Source of the DNA: an uncultured Alphaproteobacteria bacterium
GTDB lineage: Bacteria > Pseudomonadota > Alphaproteobacteria > HIMB59 > GCA-002718135
Reading direction: 5' to 3'
Assembly (NCBI GenBank): GCA_902621305.1
Contig: CACNLM010000003.1
Span: forward strand, 46,539-110,538
DNA length: 64,000 bases
Shown: piece after piece, positions 63,979-64,000 of the stretch
How positions within the stretch are numbered: position 1 is the first letter of the stretch
Layout of the letters: each line of letters starts with the position of its first letter
Made by a program: the position numbers and the translations under genes
The notes under the pieces: model-generated
The model's database searches: none
Seen by the model: the letters and a program-made list of their open reading frames with translations, nothing else
What the model was told of the DNA's origin: nothing

Positions 63979-64000
63979 GAAATTTTCAAATTCCCAGTAA

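Overview
AT-rich (about 30% GC by eye), very gene-dense bacterial chromosome segment. Genes are short-spaced or overlapping, proteins are N/K/I-rich, and there is no rRNA, CRISPR array, transposase or integrase. The style resembles streamlined marine Alphaproteobacteria (SAR11/Pelagibacterales-like); this is an inference from composition and gene content only. Order of content: (1) FGGY kinase fragment, a carbohydrate-type ABC importer (SBP + 2 permeases) and tRNA-Arg(CCT). (2) Urea ABC transporter urtABCDE (minus strand), divergent from a complete urease operon ureDABCEFG. (3) A mixed block: bactofilin, a single-domain voltage-gated cation channel, an AlkB-like membrane di-iron hydroxylase, EamA, a GMC oxidoreductase and several small proteins. 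(4) A GntR/PhnF-like regulator divergent from a ~13.5 kb same-strand run: PHP phosphoesterase, Dpp/Opp/Nik-type ABC transporter, EamA, metallophosphoesterase and the C-P lyase core phnGHIJKLM. (5) A block of many small alpha+beta-type proteins, rhodanese, tandem MFS paralogs, and two short repeats that include a gene-fragment remnant. (6) A tesA / ybbA / ybbP-like module. (7) An especially AT-rich orphan-gene region ending in a tightly coupled operon with the architecture of a type I Zorya anti-phage system: MotA/ExbB-like ZorA, MotB/OmpA-like ZorB, EH-signature-like ZorC and SNF2 + Mrr-nuclease ZorD. Its ZorB carries an atypical ~290-aa coiled-coil insertion, and two extra downstream genes follow. 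The Zorya-like locus and the non-canonical phosphonate locus are the most interesting parts. All family assignments come from motif recognition by eye and need profile searches to confirm.
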